A stretch of DNA of 32,000 nt from Candidatus Iainarchaeum sp. (GTDB lineage: Archaea > Iainarchaeota > Iainarchaeia > Iainarchaeales > JACQJH01). Both the position numbers and the translations under genes were made by a program. Below, piece by piece: positions 31,764 to 32,000 of this stretch (position 1 is the first letter of the stretch; each line of letters starts with the position of its first letter). The DNA is taken from NCBI GenBank assembly GCA_016205145.1, contig JACQJH010000001.1:540001-572000 (forward strand), given 5' to 3'. Under the pieces are notes generated by a model, which searched no databases, was not told the DNA's origin, and was given only the letters and a program-made list of their open reading frames with translations.

Positions 31764-32000
31764 TTAATCGCCCCTGAATAGCCTGTCAAGTTCCTTGGCG
31801 GTCATTGACCTGAAACCGTATTTTTTGATGTGCCTTTCGCATGATTCTATGACTTCCTTGACGAACTCCTCTTTCGGCTCCCTTTCCACGAATTCGTCGC
31901 CGAACATTTCGGCAAACTTGCTGAGCGCCTGGCCCTTGTCCTTGAGGCCGTATTTTTCCTTTATCACGCCCAAAACCCTGTTTGAATAATCGCTTGACCG
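31764..32000 (-). CDS. DUF2683-like antitoxin, 5' end beyond the window
   Basis: The frame stays open upstream of the track's TTG start. Reading ...RSSDYSNRVLGVIKEKYGLKDKGQALSKFAEMF aligns with DDRANRVINIVKAKYGLNDKSEAINKLAEEY of 30951..31193, so the true start is past base 32000. Confidence 0.65.
   Translation of the reverse strand, partial: RSSDYSNRVLGVIKEKYGLKDKGQALSKFAEMFGDEFVEREPKEEFVKEVIESCERHIKKYGFRSMTAKELDRLFRGD

Noticed and set aside
1-32000. CRISPR arrays, rRNA genes, IS elements, transposases and integrases
   Set aside because: I found no regularly spaced direct repeats of 24-40 nt, no rRNA-like conserved blocks, and no ORF with DDE, tyrosine-recombinase or serine-recombinase signatures on either strand.

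Overview
The window is archaeal: it carries an A-type ATP synthase atpA-atpB-atpD operon end, a tRNA with a long anticodon-loop intron, TTTAAATA-type TATA boxes and GGTGAT-type ribosome-binding sites. It splits into three zones.

(i) 1-8.5 kb is housekeeping. It holds atpA (3' fragment), atpB and atpD, then a minus-strand bcp peroxiredoxin / SDR oxidoreductase / hypothetical trio, a BtuF-like binding protein, a zinc-ribbon protein, and two paralogous MacB/FtsX-type ABC permeases.

(ii) 8.6-21.2 kb opens with a small two-gene TumE-like/wHTH module. The rest is a large cell-surface cluster: a six-gene minus-strand operon plus flanking genes. These encode a modular family of secreted beta-rich proteins, two signal-peptide plus C-terminal-anchor proteins with an Ig-like N-domain, a stand-alone copy of that domain, a polytopic GT-C-like membrane protein and a secreted clan-GH-A-like glycosidase.

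(iii) 21.3-32 kb starts at tRNA-Arg(CCG) and is an accessory, defence-type island. It contains:
- two tandem TumE-like/wHTH modules;
- orphan antitoxin-like genes and a ParD/RelE pair;
- a visibly AT-rich type II restriction-modification cassette;
- a second AT-rich block with a three-gene operon of unknown function (three paralogous wHTH modules, the last fused to a PLD-fold 'DSY...HDRF' domain);
- a PolB-exo-like DEDD exonuclease, two RelE/antitoxin pairs and a lone HicB.

I saw no CRISPR array, rRNA, integrase or transposase. All calls come from reading the supplied translations and sequence by eye. No searches or statistics were run, and GC statements are visual impressions.
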